Of a stretch of DNA of 64,000 bases, positions 30,558-41,400 are shown piece by piece. The notes under the pieces are model-generated. The model saw only the letters and a program-made list of their open reading frames with translations. It had not been told where the DNA came from and made no database searches. Each line of letters begins with the position of its first letter. Position 1 is the stretch's first letter. Source of the DNA: Candidatus Omnitrophota bacterium (lineage in GTDB: Bacteria; Omnitrophota; Gorgyraeia; 2-01-FULL-45-10); contig CAIMPC010000010.1 of NCBI GenBank assembly GCA_903843285.1, positions 968 through 64,967 on the forward strand, given 5' to 3'. A program made the position numbers and the translations under genes.

Positions 30558-30606
30558 CAATAGTATAATCATTAGGTATACTCGGTAACAAAAGTTAGTT
30601 ACTAAC
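30554..30606 (+). promoter_or_regulatory. Sigma70 promoter with palindromic candidate operator
   Basis: TTGACA(30554)-N17-TATACT(30577); GTTAGT-T-ACTAAC inverted repeat at 30594-30606. Confidence 0.75.
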
Positions 30607-30648
30607 GTTACGGCATTATTTCTTTATATGTATGATGGGGTTAAGAAA

Positions 30649-31770
30649 ATGAAAATAGAGAGAAATTTTATATTTACCTGCCACACATTAAATGATAAAG
30701 AGAAGAGAAGTCTTTTGATTTATGATTTAATAAGGAAAAGAGGAATTATATCGAGATCGGAAATAACGAAAGCCACCGGGATAAACGCCGTATCAGTCTC
30801 TAACTATATAAATAATTTTATAGAAAAGAAGATGGTGCTGGAGAAGGGATTTGATATTTCGACGGGTGGTAGAAAACCTGAGCTTATTGAGCTTAATACT
30901 GAGGCGAACCATGTAATAGGTATCGATATCGGTAAAAGAGAAATAAGAGGAGCGATCGCGGATCTGGGGATTAATATAAAGGTAAGGAAACAGATCCATA
31001 GGCCTGCCGACAGAGAAGTTTCATCCGAGGTAGTTCGTTTAGTGGAGGATATGATAGCGGCATCGAAGATCAATATCACCGATATAAAGGCTGTCGGGCT
31101 GGGGCTATCCGATGAGAAATTCATTAATGTAGTGGCGGCTATAAAAAAGAAGACCGGAATCGATGCGTTTTACGGCCCGTCCGCCGCATGCGCAGCGTTT
31201 GCCGAGAGACGTATTAATCAAAGCGCGGATGTGGATAACCTTCTCTACATATATTCTGATGTCGGCGAGGGCGTCATGATGCACCAGGATATATATCTGA
31301 GCGCTTCGGAAGACGAGAGCCTCATGGAAGGCAAGCTCAGATACTTAAGGCCGTGGGACGACTATCTTAGTATTGCTGAGAGCGCCAGACGGGAAGTGGC
31401 CAGAGGCGTAGGGACAAAGATGGTGAGCCTCGCTAAGGGCAATGTTAATAATATCACCAGAGAAGATGTCATGGCGTGCGCCAGGGCAGACGACGAAGTT
31501 GCTCTTAATATAGTGCTTAGCGCCGGCATTAACCTTGGGCTCAGGATAGCATACCTGGTGAATCTTTTTGCTCCGGAAATAGTAGTTATAGGCGGCGGGG
31601 CGCAGGACGCCGGTGATATAATATTGATGCCGCTTAAAAAGACGGTGGACAGACTTGCGTTCCGCGACCATCTTAAGGGATTAAAGATAATTACCAGCAC
31701 GCTGGGAGAGGACGCAGTCGATATCGGCGCGGCTTCTCTGGCCATAAGAGAAGTATTTATTAAAGCATAG
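30649..31770 (+). CDS. ROK family transcriptional regulator (NagC/XylR/Mlc-like)
   Basis: wHTH ISRSEI..TGI..VSVS, STGGRKP, IGIDIG, LVNLFAPEIVVIGGG, LGEDA..IGAA. Confidence 0.9.
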   Translation: MKIERNFIFTCHTLNDKEKRSLLIYDLIRKRGIISRSEITKATGINAVSVSNYINNFIEKKMVLEKGFDISTGGRKPELIELNTEANHVIGIDIGKREIRGAIADLGINIKVRKQIHRPADREVSSEVVRLVEDMIAASKINITDIKAVGLGLSDEKFINVVAAIKKKTGIDAFYGPSAACAAFAERRINQSADVDNLLYIYSDVGEGVMMHQDIYLSASEDESLMEGKLRYLRPWDDYLSIAESARREVARGVGTKMVSLAKGNVNNITREDVMACARADDEVALNIVLSAGINLGLRIAYLVNLFAPEIVVIGGGAQDAGDIILMPLKKTVDRLAFRDHLKGLKIITSTLGEDAVDIGAASLAIREVFIKA

Positions 31771-31781
31771 GGGGGAGTGTC

Positions 31782-32135
31782 ATGTCAGAAGAGAAGATGT
31801 GTAAGTTATGTGGAAAACCGTTTCTTGCAAACAAGTACAGGCCAAACCAATCGATCTGCTCTTCTTTAGAATGTCAGTATCAGAGACAGCTCGAGAATAT
31901 GAAGCAGTGGCGTGATCGCAACCCTCAATATTTCAAATATAAAGCGAGTCAGGACTCATCATGGAAAGAGACATGCAGACAGCGTTCTCTCGAGTGGCGC
32001 AGGAGTCACATGGAATATCTGAAGCTATATAGAGAGGAACATAGAGAACGCCATAGAAATTACATGAGGGATTATATGAGACAGTATAGAAAGACGAGTA
32101 GTGCGAGTGAGACGGCGGAGCCGGGAGTAATATAA
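31782..32135 (+). CDS. C4 zinc-finger protein with basic/aromatic helical tail
   Basis: GGGGAG RBS; CKLC-x15-CSSLEC; WR..N/H..Y repeats. Confidence 0.75.
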   Translation: MSEEKMCKLCGKPFLANKYRPNQSICSSLECQYQRQLENMKQWRDRNPQYFKYKASQDSSWKETCRQRSLEWRRSHMEYLKLYREEHRERHRNYMRDYMRQYRKTSSASETAEPGVI

Positions 32136-32143
32136 GTCTACGT

Positions 32144-33994
32144 ATGCGTTCACTTAAGCCTATAGGCAAGATTTTTTTAGTGGCGGTATTTATCTTTGGT
32201 TTCACGGCAGGCGGCATAGCTATAGCCGAAGCGCTTGGGACCAAGGATGAGCTGAATTTTGAATTTAATCCGGCTGAAGGTTACGGCACTGCCCCGGAGA
32301 AGCCTACCACCCAACCAGAGATACCCGCAAAAGAGACTAAGAGTACGACGGCTCGACAGATAAAGACGTACCCAATAAAGGTTGAAGATAAGACCGCCTT
32401 GCCGGCTAATAAGCCCGAAGAGAAGAAAGCCCAGCCGCCGAAATTATTGGAAGTGAAGAAAGAAGTGATTAAGCTTCCTGAGTCCGCCGGGGCCGCGCGG
32501 CCTTCCGGTAAGGATGTCAGTGTGCTTAACAGATGGTTTGGCCTCGAGACCGGCGTGGAGAGCATGAAGATGCGGCGCAAGGCAGGGACCGAAACAATAT
32601 CAGGTAGCGGCCCGGGAGGTATCTTTAGTCTGGATGACTGCATAAATATTGCCATAAGAAACAACATACCTTTACAGATAGCTGAGAAGAATGTGAAGCT
32701 TGCCCAGATGAGGATTATGGAGGCCAGGCGCAATATGCTTCCATCAGCTACGGTGGTCTGGGAGCCCTATACAGGAGTTATGAACGAGCAGAGATATTAT
32801 GGCAGAAAACAATATATCGAGGGCAAACAGCCTGTGTTTCACGGAGGTGAATTATTCTTCACTCTGAAACAGGCTGAGGTTAATCTCGAGATCTCGAGAA
32901 ATGAATCAAATAAGACTAAGAATGAGCTAATCCTTCAGGTTAAGAAGGCATACTATTCGCTGGCGAAATCTGAGGATAACCTGAAATTGCAGTCGGAACT
33001 CTCAGTAGAGGTTGAACATATATTCAATATGGTAAATGAGCAGTATGACGCAAAGATCGCTTCTAAGTTGGAGCTTTTAAATGTGAGCTCTCAGGCCAGC
33101 CAGACAAAGTATCAGCTCGCCTCAGCTGATGGCGATGTGGGCGTCGCCGAGTTAATATTGAAACAGGCTATGAATATAGACCCTGAGGCAACGATTAAGG
33201 TAAGGCCTAAACTCGAATTTAACAGAGTGGAAGTAAAATACGCAGATGCGCTAAAGGCCGCGTTTGCGAACAGGCCAGAGGTTATCATAAATACTCTGAT
33301 GATAGATTATTATATCTACGGAAAGAAGGTGGCTTTATCTAAGGGTTTGCCAAAAGTGGATCTCATGGGAAGCTGGGGTCTGGCCAAAGAAACATATGTG
33401 CTGGAGGATAACGCGTTTAGCAATACTGGCGCGACCAACGCCCCGGGGTTTAATACACCGACCATAGCTGATGAAAAAGTGAAGGCACAATGGTATGCGG
33501 GGCTTAAAGCGTCCGTACCGGCCTGGGGATCTACAGGTGAATACTCATTCACCAGAGAACAGTGGGTGCCCACTGTGGCAACTTTCCAGGGCACCGAGGC
33601 AAAGACGAACTCGTTTAAATTTAAAATCCTGGATAATCTGGCCATGTATTCCGAAAAGCAGTCCGCCGAAATCGATTTCGATAGGGCGCGGCAGGAGCTT
33701 AATAAGATAAGGCAGGACGTTAATCTCGAAGTCAAAGAGGGATGTTTTAATTATCAGAAGGCGCTGATTCAGCTCGACACAGCGGTGTATAAAGTGAAAT
33801 ATCAGGAAAAGGATCTCGAATTTACTAAGATGAAACGGTCGCTCGACGAAGCGCAGGATTCGAGCGTAATCGAAAGCATGATAAAGCTTTCCCAGGAGAG
33901 GTTTGGATATGTGCAGGCCCTGACGGACTGCCACACGGCCGTCGCCAGTATAAATAAAGCTATCGGAGTAAAAGATTATATTAAGGACGAATAG
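32144..33994 (+). CDS. Atypical TolC family outer-membrane protein
   Basis: Signal peptide, P/K/E-rich linker, SLDDCINIAIRNN, QPVFHGG, VKKAYY, NRPE, LPKVDL. Confidence 0.88.
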   Translation: MRSLKPIGKIFLVAVFIFGFTAGGIAIAEALGTKDELNFEFNPAEGYGTAPEKPTTQPEIPAKETKSTTARQIKTYPIKVEDKTALPANKPEEKKAQPPKLLEVKKEVIKLPESAGAARPSGKDVSVLNRWFGLETGVESMKMRRKAGTETISGSGPGGIFSLDDCINIAIRNNIPLQIAEKNVKLAQMRIMEARRNMLPSATVVWEPYTGVMNEQRYYGRKQYIEGKQPVFHGGELFFTLKQAEVNLEISRNESNKTKNELILQVKKAYYSLAKSEDNLKLQSELSVEVEHIFNMVNEQYDAKIASKLELLNVSSQASQTKYQLASADGDVGVAELILKQAMNIDPEATIKVRPKLEFNRVEVKYADALKAAFANRPEVIINTLMIDYYIYGKKVALSKGLPKVDLMGSWGLAKETYVLEDNAFSNTGATNAPGFNTPTIADEKVKAQWYAGLKASVPAWGSTGEYSFTREQWVPTVATFQGTEAKTNSFKFKILDNLAMYSEKQSAEIDFDRARQELNKIRQDVNLEVKEGCFNYQKALIQLDTAVYKVKYQEKDLEFTKMKRSLDEAQDSSVIESMIKLSQERFGYVQALTDCHTAVASINKAIGVKDYIKDE

Positions 33995-34025
33995 GTCTCG
34001 ACGATAAAAAAGGGGCATTGAATTT

Positions 34026-35225
34026 ATGGATATAAAAGCCAAGAGAAAATTTATTATTATCGGCATCATAGCAGTGGTGGTGGTGCTCATCCTGGTAAAG
34101 ACGACCGAGAATATTCAAAAGGCTATATTTAAGAAGAAGCCGGCGGCGGGAGCCAAGATCCCGGGCGTGACGTTAGAGGAAGAGGCGGTCCCGGTGAAAG
34201 TAATAAAGGCTAAAAAGATAGACTTTAAAGACACTTTACCATCGATCGGAAATGTTAAAGGTTTTAAAGAGGTCGATCTGCGTTTTCAGGCGGCCGGTGT
34301 CATAGAGAGCATGAACTTTGAAGATGGAGAGAAGGTCCAGGAGGGGGATATAATAGCGAGTCTCGTACAGAGGGATGCGCTTCTTAAATTAAAGTATGCC
34401 GAGGTGGAATTAAATAAGAATAAGAAACTCTTTGAAATAGGGGCTATAGCTCCCATGAAGATGGATCAGGCCAAATTAGAATACGAGTCGGCCAAATCAG
34501 ATCTCGATAAGACTAATATATACGCGATGTTTAACGGGCTCATGGGGCCGCGGACGCTGGATGTGGGTAGCTACGTTAACCCGAGCACGAACGATAAGGT
34601 GGCGACGTTTGTGGTTACGGATAAGGTTTATGCCGAGTTCAATATAATCGAAAAGGATATGCCGAACGTGGTTCTGGGCCAGAAGGTAGAGATATTTGCG
34701 GATGCTTATCCCGGAAGGTCGTTCAATGGAACCGTGGATAGGATCTCTCCTATTATAGAGGGACGCTCGCGCACAATGAATATTAAGGCCGAGCTTGAAA
34801 ATAAGGACGGGGCGTTGAAGCCGGGACTCTTTGTGCGGGCGCTGATATATACGTACGATAAGAAAGATGCCATCGTATTGCCAACATCCGCGATGAAGAA
34901 GAAGGATGCGGATATATTTGTGTACGTCGTTAATAAGGAAGAACCGAAGAAAGATATAGTCCAGGAGAAGCCGGCGAAGAAGGGCGGGCTGTTCGGGTTC
35001 GGTAAGAAGAAAGAGGAGCCTAAAAAGGAACCTACCGTGAAAGAAAAAGAGGCCCAATACGGCACCATTGAGATTAGGAAGATTAAGCTGGGGCACACGA
35101 CGGCCGATATGATGGAAATAAATGAAGGTATAAAAGAAGATGAGCTTGTTATTGTAGAGGTCCAGGAAGAATTTAAGGATAAGGCCCGCGTCGAGATAGC
35201 CGAAATACAAGAAGGACTGTTATGA
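34026..35225 (+). CDS. RND periplasmic adaptor (MFP)
   Basis: N-terminal TM, GVIESM.F.DGEKVQEGD, GQKVEI..DAYPG..F.G.V..ISP, LKPGLF. Confidence 0.9.
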   Translation: MDIKAKRKFIIIGIIAVVVVLILVKTTENIQKAIFKKKPAAGAKIPGVTLEEEAVPVKVIKAKKIDFKDTLPSIGNVKGFKEVDLRFQAAGVIESMNFEDGEKVQEGDIIASLVQRDALLKLKYAEVELNKNKKLFEIGAIAPMKMDQAKLEYESAKSDLDKTNIYAMFNGLMGPRTLDVGSYVNPSTNDKVATFVVTDKVYAEFNIIEKDMPNVVLGQKVEIFADAYPGRSFNGTVDRISPIIEGRSRTMNIKAELENKDGALKPGLFVRALIYTYDKKDAIVLPTSAMKKKDADIFVYVVNKEEPKKDIVQEKPAKKGGLFGFGKKKEEPKKEPTVKEKEAQYGTIEIRKIKLGHTTADMMEINEGIKEDELVIVEVQEEFKDKARVEIAEIQEGLL

Positions 35226-35266
35226 CAGCAGACAGCATATCGTGATAGGAAGCGAATGATTAATTT

Positions 35267-38200
35267 ATGAGTTTACCGCAACTCTCCGTAAATAGGCCCG
35301 TTACCGTTATGATGGTGGTAGCGGCCGTTTTGATATTTGGCACAGTCTCATTAGGGCTGCTGCCACAGGAACTATTCCCGCAGATAGTATTTCCACAGCT
35401 TACGGTTGTAACCCCTTATGAGAACGCCGCCCCGGAAGAGATAGAGACCCTTATCACAAAACCTATAGAGGAAGCGATAGGCACCGTATCGGGTATTAAG
35501 AAGATAAGCTCTATATCTAAAGAAGGCTTATCGATGGTCATAGCCGAATTCGGCTGGGGTCAGAATATAAATTTTGCCGCCCTCGGAATGAGGGAGAAGA
35601 TAGACCTGGTAAAAGAGCGCCTTCCCAGGGAGGCCGAGGAACCGATAGTTCTGCCATTCAATCCTTTTGATAAACCTATCCTTATACTTAGCGTGACCAG
35701 TTCAAAAGATCGCCAGCCGGTAATTTTCCGGGAACTGGTACGTAAGATGATAAAAGATTCGCTCGAAAAGGTGGACGGAGTAGCATCCGCAAATATATCG
35801 GGTGGAATGGAGCGCGAGATCCAGGTGGAAGTCGATCAGGATAAGCTTCGCGCAAGAGATATCCCAATACTGGATATCTCTAAAGCCATCTCCAATTCTA
35901 ATATCAATTATCCGGCCGGCACTATAAAAGAGAGCTTCTATGAATACCTGATAAGAACGCTTGGCGAGTTTTCCGCTGTTCGCGATATAGAAGAGACGGT
36001 CATAAATACGGGCGCAGATCAGGAAGGCGCCCAGGGTGGAGGCCAGGGCAGCGCGATAGCCAGAAATAATAACCTCATATATCTGAAGGATGTGGCTAAG
36101 GTAACAGATGGCCTGAAGGAGAGGACGAGCTACTCCCGATATAACGGAAAAGATAATATATCTATTCTTGTGCAAAAACAGGCGATGGGCAATACCGTCA
36201 GGATAATCGACAGAGTTAAGCAAAGGATCCGCGAACTTAAAGATGACTTACCCAAAGATATAAATATCGCCATAGTTTATGATCAATCCGAATTTATAAA
36301 GAGCTCTATTAACGGTGTCTGGGAGGCCGCATGGCAGGGAGCGGTGCTGGTATTTCTGGTGCTCTATTTCTTCCTGCGAAATATCTGGAGCGCGCTGATA
36401 GTCACCCTGACTATTCCGATTTCCGTAATAACTACATTCTCGCTTATGTTCTTCTTTGGAATATCGATAAATATGATGTCACTGGGAGGCCTTGCATTTG
36501 GTGTCGGACATCTCGTAGATTACGCGATAGTTGTAGTGGAAAACATATTCAGGCATACGCAGATGGGTGAGGATCAGAAAAAAGCGGCAGTCATCGGAAC
36601 CGATGAGGTCTTCATCGCGGTAACAGGATCGGTGCTTACGAATATCGTCGTCTTCCTGCCTCTCATATTCATCGTCGGTATATTCGGACAGATAATTAAA
36701 GATTTTGCCCTGACGCTTACATTTTCGTTCCTTGCCGCATTAATAGCTTCCATGACTTTTATACCGCTTCTTGCTTCACGCGGTAAGAGCCTCAGTATCG
36801 GAGAGTCGGAGGGCAGTGCGGCGAAGTCCGGAGGAAAAGGGTTCTCCTTAGATAAGGTAGCGAAATTCTATGAGAACCTTCTGGAAAAATACATTCATCA
36901 GAAGGGCAAGTATCTGGCCTATACACTGCTTCTCTTTTTAGTTTCGGTAAGCGTATTTATATTTCTCGACAAAGAGCTGATGCCAAAGGTTGATCAGGGA
37001 CAGTTTACGATTAAGATAGATATGCCCGCCGGCACGAGGCTCGATGTCACAAATTCGATATCCGAAAAAATAGAAGGCTTCCTTTTATCTATACCTGATG
37101 TTTCGTCCCTGAGCGTTACGGTGGGATCTACGAAAGAATCTACCACGAAGAGCGTCATTGAACGTCTGAGCGCTAACCAGGCGGAGATAATCATTACTCT
37201 TAAAAAGAAGAGAAAGATTAAGAGCTCAGAAATAGTTCAGATAGTTAAGGGTAAGATATCGTCGATGAATCTGGGAGGCGCCAGGACCGAATATGTCCTG
37301 CAGGAGAATGTCTTGTCGACCGGCGGAACAGTGCAAGCACCTGTAACTATCGAAGTCAAAGGCAATGACCTGGCAGCCCTCGAGAGATTGACTCGCGACA
37401 TACAGAAAGGGCTCGAGAAGGTTAAGGGAGTGTATGGCATAAAGAACAATCTTGCGGAGCCGTCTCCCGAGGCCAAAGTATTTATAGATAAGGATAAGTC
37501 CTCGATATACAACCTATCGGTTACAGATATCGCACAGACTTCTTTGATCGGATTGAAAGGCTACATCTCTACAAAGTTTAAAGAAAAGGGCGAGGAGTTT
37601 GATGTAAGGGTCCGGCTCAGGAAGCAGGATAGGGATAGTTTCGATAAACTCGGCAGGCTGGAGCTTCAATCCCCGGGTGGCATGAAAGTTCAGCTATCCA
37701 GCGTTGCGAATTTCGGTAAAGGTAAGGGGCCGAGCGAAATAAAGAGATTGAACCAGGAGAGGGTGGTGCTCGTCTACGCCAATATCTATAACAGGCCCCT
37801 TAAGGACATAGTTTCCGACGTTACGGGGATGCTGAAATCACTCAAGACGCCGAAGGATTATTCCGTTAAGCTTACGGGTGAGACGGAAGACATGAAGAGC
37901 TCTTTCGAAAGCATGAGAAATGCCATCATAGCCGCCTTCTTGTTGGTCTACATGATCATGGCTGCGCTATTCGAATCCCTATGGCAGCCGTTTATAATAA
38001 TGTTCACTATACCTCTTGCTGTAATAGGCGTGGGTTGGAGCCTTCTGATAACCCGCACGAGCGTTAACGCGTATGTTCTGATGGGGTTTGTTATGCTCTG
38101 CGGTATAGTCGTTAATAATGCCATAGTGCTTATAGACTGTATAAACCTATTCCTTTCTAAAGGCATGAAGCTCGAAGAAGCTGTCGTAAAAGCAAGCAAT

Positions 38201-38419
38201 GTAAGATTAAGGCCGATACTCATGACGGCCCTTACCACTATATTAGGCCTTGCGCCAATGGCATTTCTCGGCGGCGAGGGGGCGGAACTGCGCGCGCCTA
38301 TGGCGATCACCGTAATGGGCGGACTTCTCGTGGCTACATTTCTCACGCTGGTCGTTATTCCGGCCCTATATCTGATGTTCGTCGAGACCGCAGAGAAGAT
38401 TTTCAAACGAAAAAAATAA
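35267..38419 (+). CDS. RND transporter permease subunit A (AcrB/SwrC-like)
   Basis: RPVTVMM, LPQELFP, PEEIE..ITKPIEE, GIVVNNAIVLID, RLRPILMT. Confidence 0.95.
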   Translation: MSLPQLSVNRPVTVMMVVAAVLIFGTVSLGLLPQELFPQIVFPQLTVVTPYENAAPEEIETLITKPIEEAIGTVSGIKKISSISKEGLSMVIAEFGWGQNINFAALGMREKIDLVKERLPREAEEPIVLPFNPFDKPILILSVTSSKDRQPVIFRELVRKMIKDSLEKVDGVASANISGGMEREIQVEVDQDKLRARDIPILDISKAISNSNINYPAGTIKESFYEYLIRTLGEFSAVRDIEETVINTGADQEGAQGGGQGSAIARNNNLIYLKDVAKVTDGLKERTSYSRYNGKDNISILVQKQAMGNTVRIIDRVKQRIRELKDDLPKDINIAIVYDQSEFIKSSINGVWEAAWQGAVLVFLVLYFFLRNIWSALIVTLTIPISVITTFSLMFFFGISINMMSLGGLAFGVGHLVDYAIVVVENIFRHTQMGEDQKKAAVIGTDEVFIAVTGSVLTNIVVFLPLIFIVGIFGQIIKDFALTLTFSFLAALIASMTFIPLLASRGKSLSIGESEGSAAKSGGKGFSLDKVAKFYENLLEKYIHQKGKYLAYTLLLFLVSVSVFIFLDKELMPKVDQGQFTIKIDMPAGTRLDVTNSISEKIEGFLLSIPDVSSLSVTVGSTKESTTKSVIERLSANQAEIIITLKKKRKIKSSEIVQIVKGKISSMNLGGARTEYVLQENVLSTGGTVQAPVTIEVKGNDLAALERLTRDIQKGLEKVKGVYGIKNNLAEPSPEAKVFIDKDKSSIYNLSVTDIAQTSLIGLKGYISTKFKEKGEEFDVRVRLRKQDRDSFDKLGRLELQSPGGMKVQLSSVANFGKGKGPSEIKRLNQERVVLVYANIYNRPLKDIVSDVTGMLKSLKTPKDYSVKLTGETEDMKSSFESMRNAIIAAFLLVYMIMAALFESLWQPFIIMFTIPLAVIGVGWSLLITRTSVNAYVLMGFVMLCGIVVNNAIVLIDCINLFLSKGMKLEEAVVKASNVRLRPILMTALTTILGLAPMAFLGGEGAELRAPMAITVMGGLLVATFLTLVVIPALYLMFVETAEKIFKRKK

Positions 38420-38420
38420 G

Positions 38421-41400
38421 ATGAGCCTTCCATCTTTTTCCATAAAAAGACCTGTATTCATGCTCATGGTCTATTCCGTGCTGATCATGTCCGGCGTGAT
38501 CTCCTTGACCCGTCTTCCGGTCGAACTGTACCCTAATATAAGCTTCGGCGAGATAAGCGTAATAATATCGGTGCGCGGCGGTATGCCGCCCACGGAAGTG
38601 GAATCGCTTGTCTCTAAGCCCGTGGAGGATGCTGTCGGAACAGTCAGTCATCTTCAGGAGATGCTCTCCATCTCTAAGGAGGGTGAATCTACCGTAGTCC
38701 TCAGTTTCGATCCCGGAATCAATATGAACTTCGCCGCCCTCGATGTGCGCGAAAAATTTGCCCGCGTAAAGAATAAGCTCCCGAAAGAGATAGAGAAACC
38801 TGTCATAGCGCAGTTTAAGCGTTCCGACGTGCCGATCATGATTCTCGCCGTAACCAGCTTAAGACGAACCACAGAAGATATCCGTAAGATCGTAGACGAG
38901 AGCGTCAGAGAGGCTATAAAGCGTATATCGGGTGTCGCTGATGTCGAGGTTGCCGGCGGCAGGGAGCGTAAGATACTTATAGAGGCCGATCAGAGGAAGA
39001 TGGCCGCATGCAATCTTTCGCTCGACAGGGTCATATCGATGGTGGGCGCCAATAATCTTAACCTGCTCTCCGGCGATATAGAGCGCGTTAAAGATAAGTA
39101 CCTGATAAGGACCATCGGATTATATAAGACGGTCGACGATATAAAGAGCATCCCTGTTTCGAGCTCGCCCGACGGGACTATAGTGCGCCTTAGGGATGTG
39201 GCGACCGTGCTCGATTCATATCTCGAGCCTGCAGGCTATGCCCGCGTTAATGTGCGGCCGGTCGTCTCCATATACGTGCAGAAAGAATCGAATGCCAATA
39301 CCATTAAGGTCGCAAAGGCAGTGGAAGATGAGGTCGAGAAGATTAAAGAGCGCCTGCCAAAAGATATCCAGGTGGCTACGACGAGCAATCAGGCTAATTT
39401 TATAAAGAGCGCTATTGAGAATCTGAAGGATGCGCTCTTAAAGGGCGCGGCCCTGGTCATGATGGTTTTAATACTCTTCCTGATACGCCTAACCAATAAA
39501 CAGATAGCGTTGATGGTGGCCGCGCTGGTGGCTATTGCCCTGATGCCGGTCATCTTGCTTTACCCGGTCCTCATCATAGTCATTATAGCGTTTATACTTG
39601 TACACAGGATACGGTCTGTCGCGATAGTGTCGTCGGCCATCCCGATATCCGTTATCATAACATTTACCTTCATGCTTGCCATGAAACTTACGCTGAATTT
39701 CATGACGCTCTTTGGCCTTGCCCTCGGAGTGGGAATGTTGGTCGACAACGCCATCGTAGTATACGAAAATATAGTGCGTAAGCACGAACAGGGACTGAGG
39801 GGCATTCCTGCGGCTATCGCAGGCACCGAAGAGGTTTGGGTAGCGATCCTGGCCGGCACGCTTACGCATGTGTGCGTATTCTTCCCCATGGTATTCGTAG
39901 GGTCCGAGATAAAACTTTTGTACGGGGGCGTGGCATGGACCGTTACGCTATCATTGCTGGTCTCTCTCTTCGTAGCCATAACCGTAGTGCCGTTATTCTC
40001 TTCCAGAATCCCGATATCGATAGAGCACATAAGCTTTCTCGAACATGTATACCGGATACAGCGCAAAGGCGTTATCTATTTTATGAGAAATTCAAGACGC
40101 ATATTTATTTGCGCCATAGCGTTATTTCTTGTTGCGCTATTTTTCTTTACAAAGCTCGGAATGGAATTCCTCGGCACGACAGAGCAGGGTAAATTTACAA
40201 TATTCATAGAACTGCCTACGGGCGCAAAACTTGACGCTACGGATGTCGTAGTGAAAAAAGTAGAAGCTATCGTTAAAGAGATTCCCGAGGTTAAGACATT
40301 CTCGTCCAGGGTAGAACCGTGGTCGAGTAAGGTCTACGTGGAATTGGTCGACGTCAATAAGAGAAAGAGGTCTGTGGCAGAGGTCATCGAGAGCCTTCGT
40401 CCTAAGACCGAGAAGCTTAGGCCGGCATTCATCTATTTTGAAGAAGAGCAGGAGGTCGGCACTAAGGAGATCATAGTGGAGCTCTTCGGTTACGATTACA
40501 CCACACTAAGAGAGGCCGCGATATCGATCGCCACCCGTCTGGGTTCAGTGAAAGGTTTCGCGGACACTAAGATAAGGATGAGAGAGGGGCGTCCGGAACT
40601 CGGATTGAAGGTCGACAGAAAGAAGACCGGAATATTCGATATGACAGTTACCGATGTCGCAGATATGGTGCATGCGCAGATGAGGGGCCTGCGGGCAACA
40701 TTGTTCCATACGGCATCCAGCGAGGTCGAGACGATCGCCAGGCTGGACGAGAAATATAGAAAGACATTTAAGGATCTGCACAAGCTCATACTTAATAATA
40801 AGAACGGCGACAGAGTGTACCTGGACCAGGTGACGGAATTTAAATACGGCCTCGGTCCCAGCGAAGTATGGAGGAAGAACAAGGCCAGGATGATACAGGT
40901 GAGCGCTACCATCGGAAAGATCCCTCTCAGTAAAGCCGCCGAGGAGGCTAAGAAAGCATTGGGCGACCTGAAACTGCCGGAAGGTTATTACTACAGGTTC
41001 GGTGGTAATTATCCTACAATGGTAGCCACCCAAAAACAGATATATCCGATACTATTACTCACAGTGGTGTTGATCTATCTGGTATTGGCGTCTCTGTTTG
41101 AATCATACTACCAGCCATTTATTATCATGGTGGCAGTGCCGCTGGCGCTTATAGGGGTGGTCATAGCGTTGTATGCCACCGGAAAATCTGTAGGTATGGG
41201 CGTCTTTGTGGGCATGATAATGTTGGGAGGAATTGTCGTCAATAATTCGATTCTATTGATAGATCATGCCAATAACCTACGCAAAGAGAAGATGAATCAC
41301 ATTAAAGCCATTATCCTCGCCTCGCGAGACCGCCTACGACCTATACTCATGACAACTTGCACGACCCTATTTGGTTTACTCCCAATGGCTATAAGCACTT

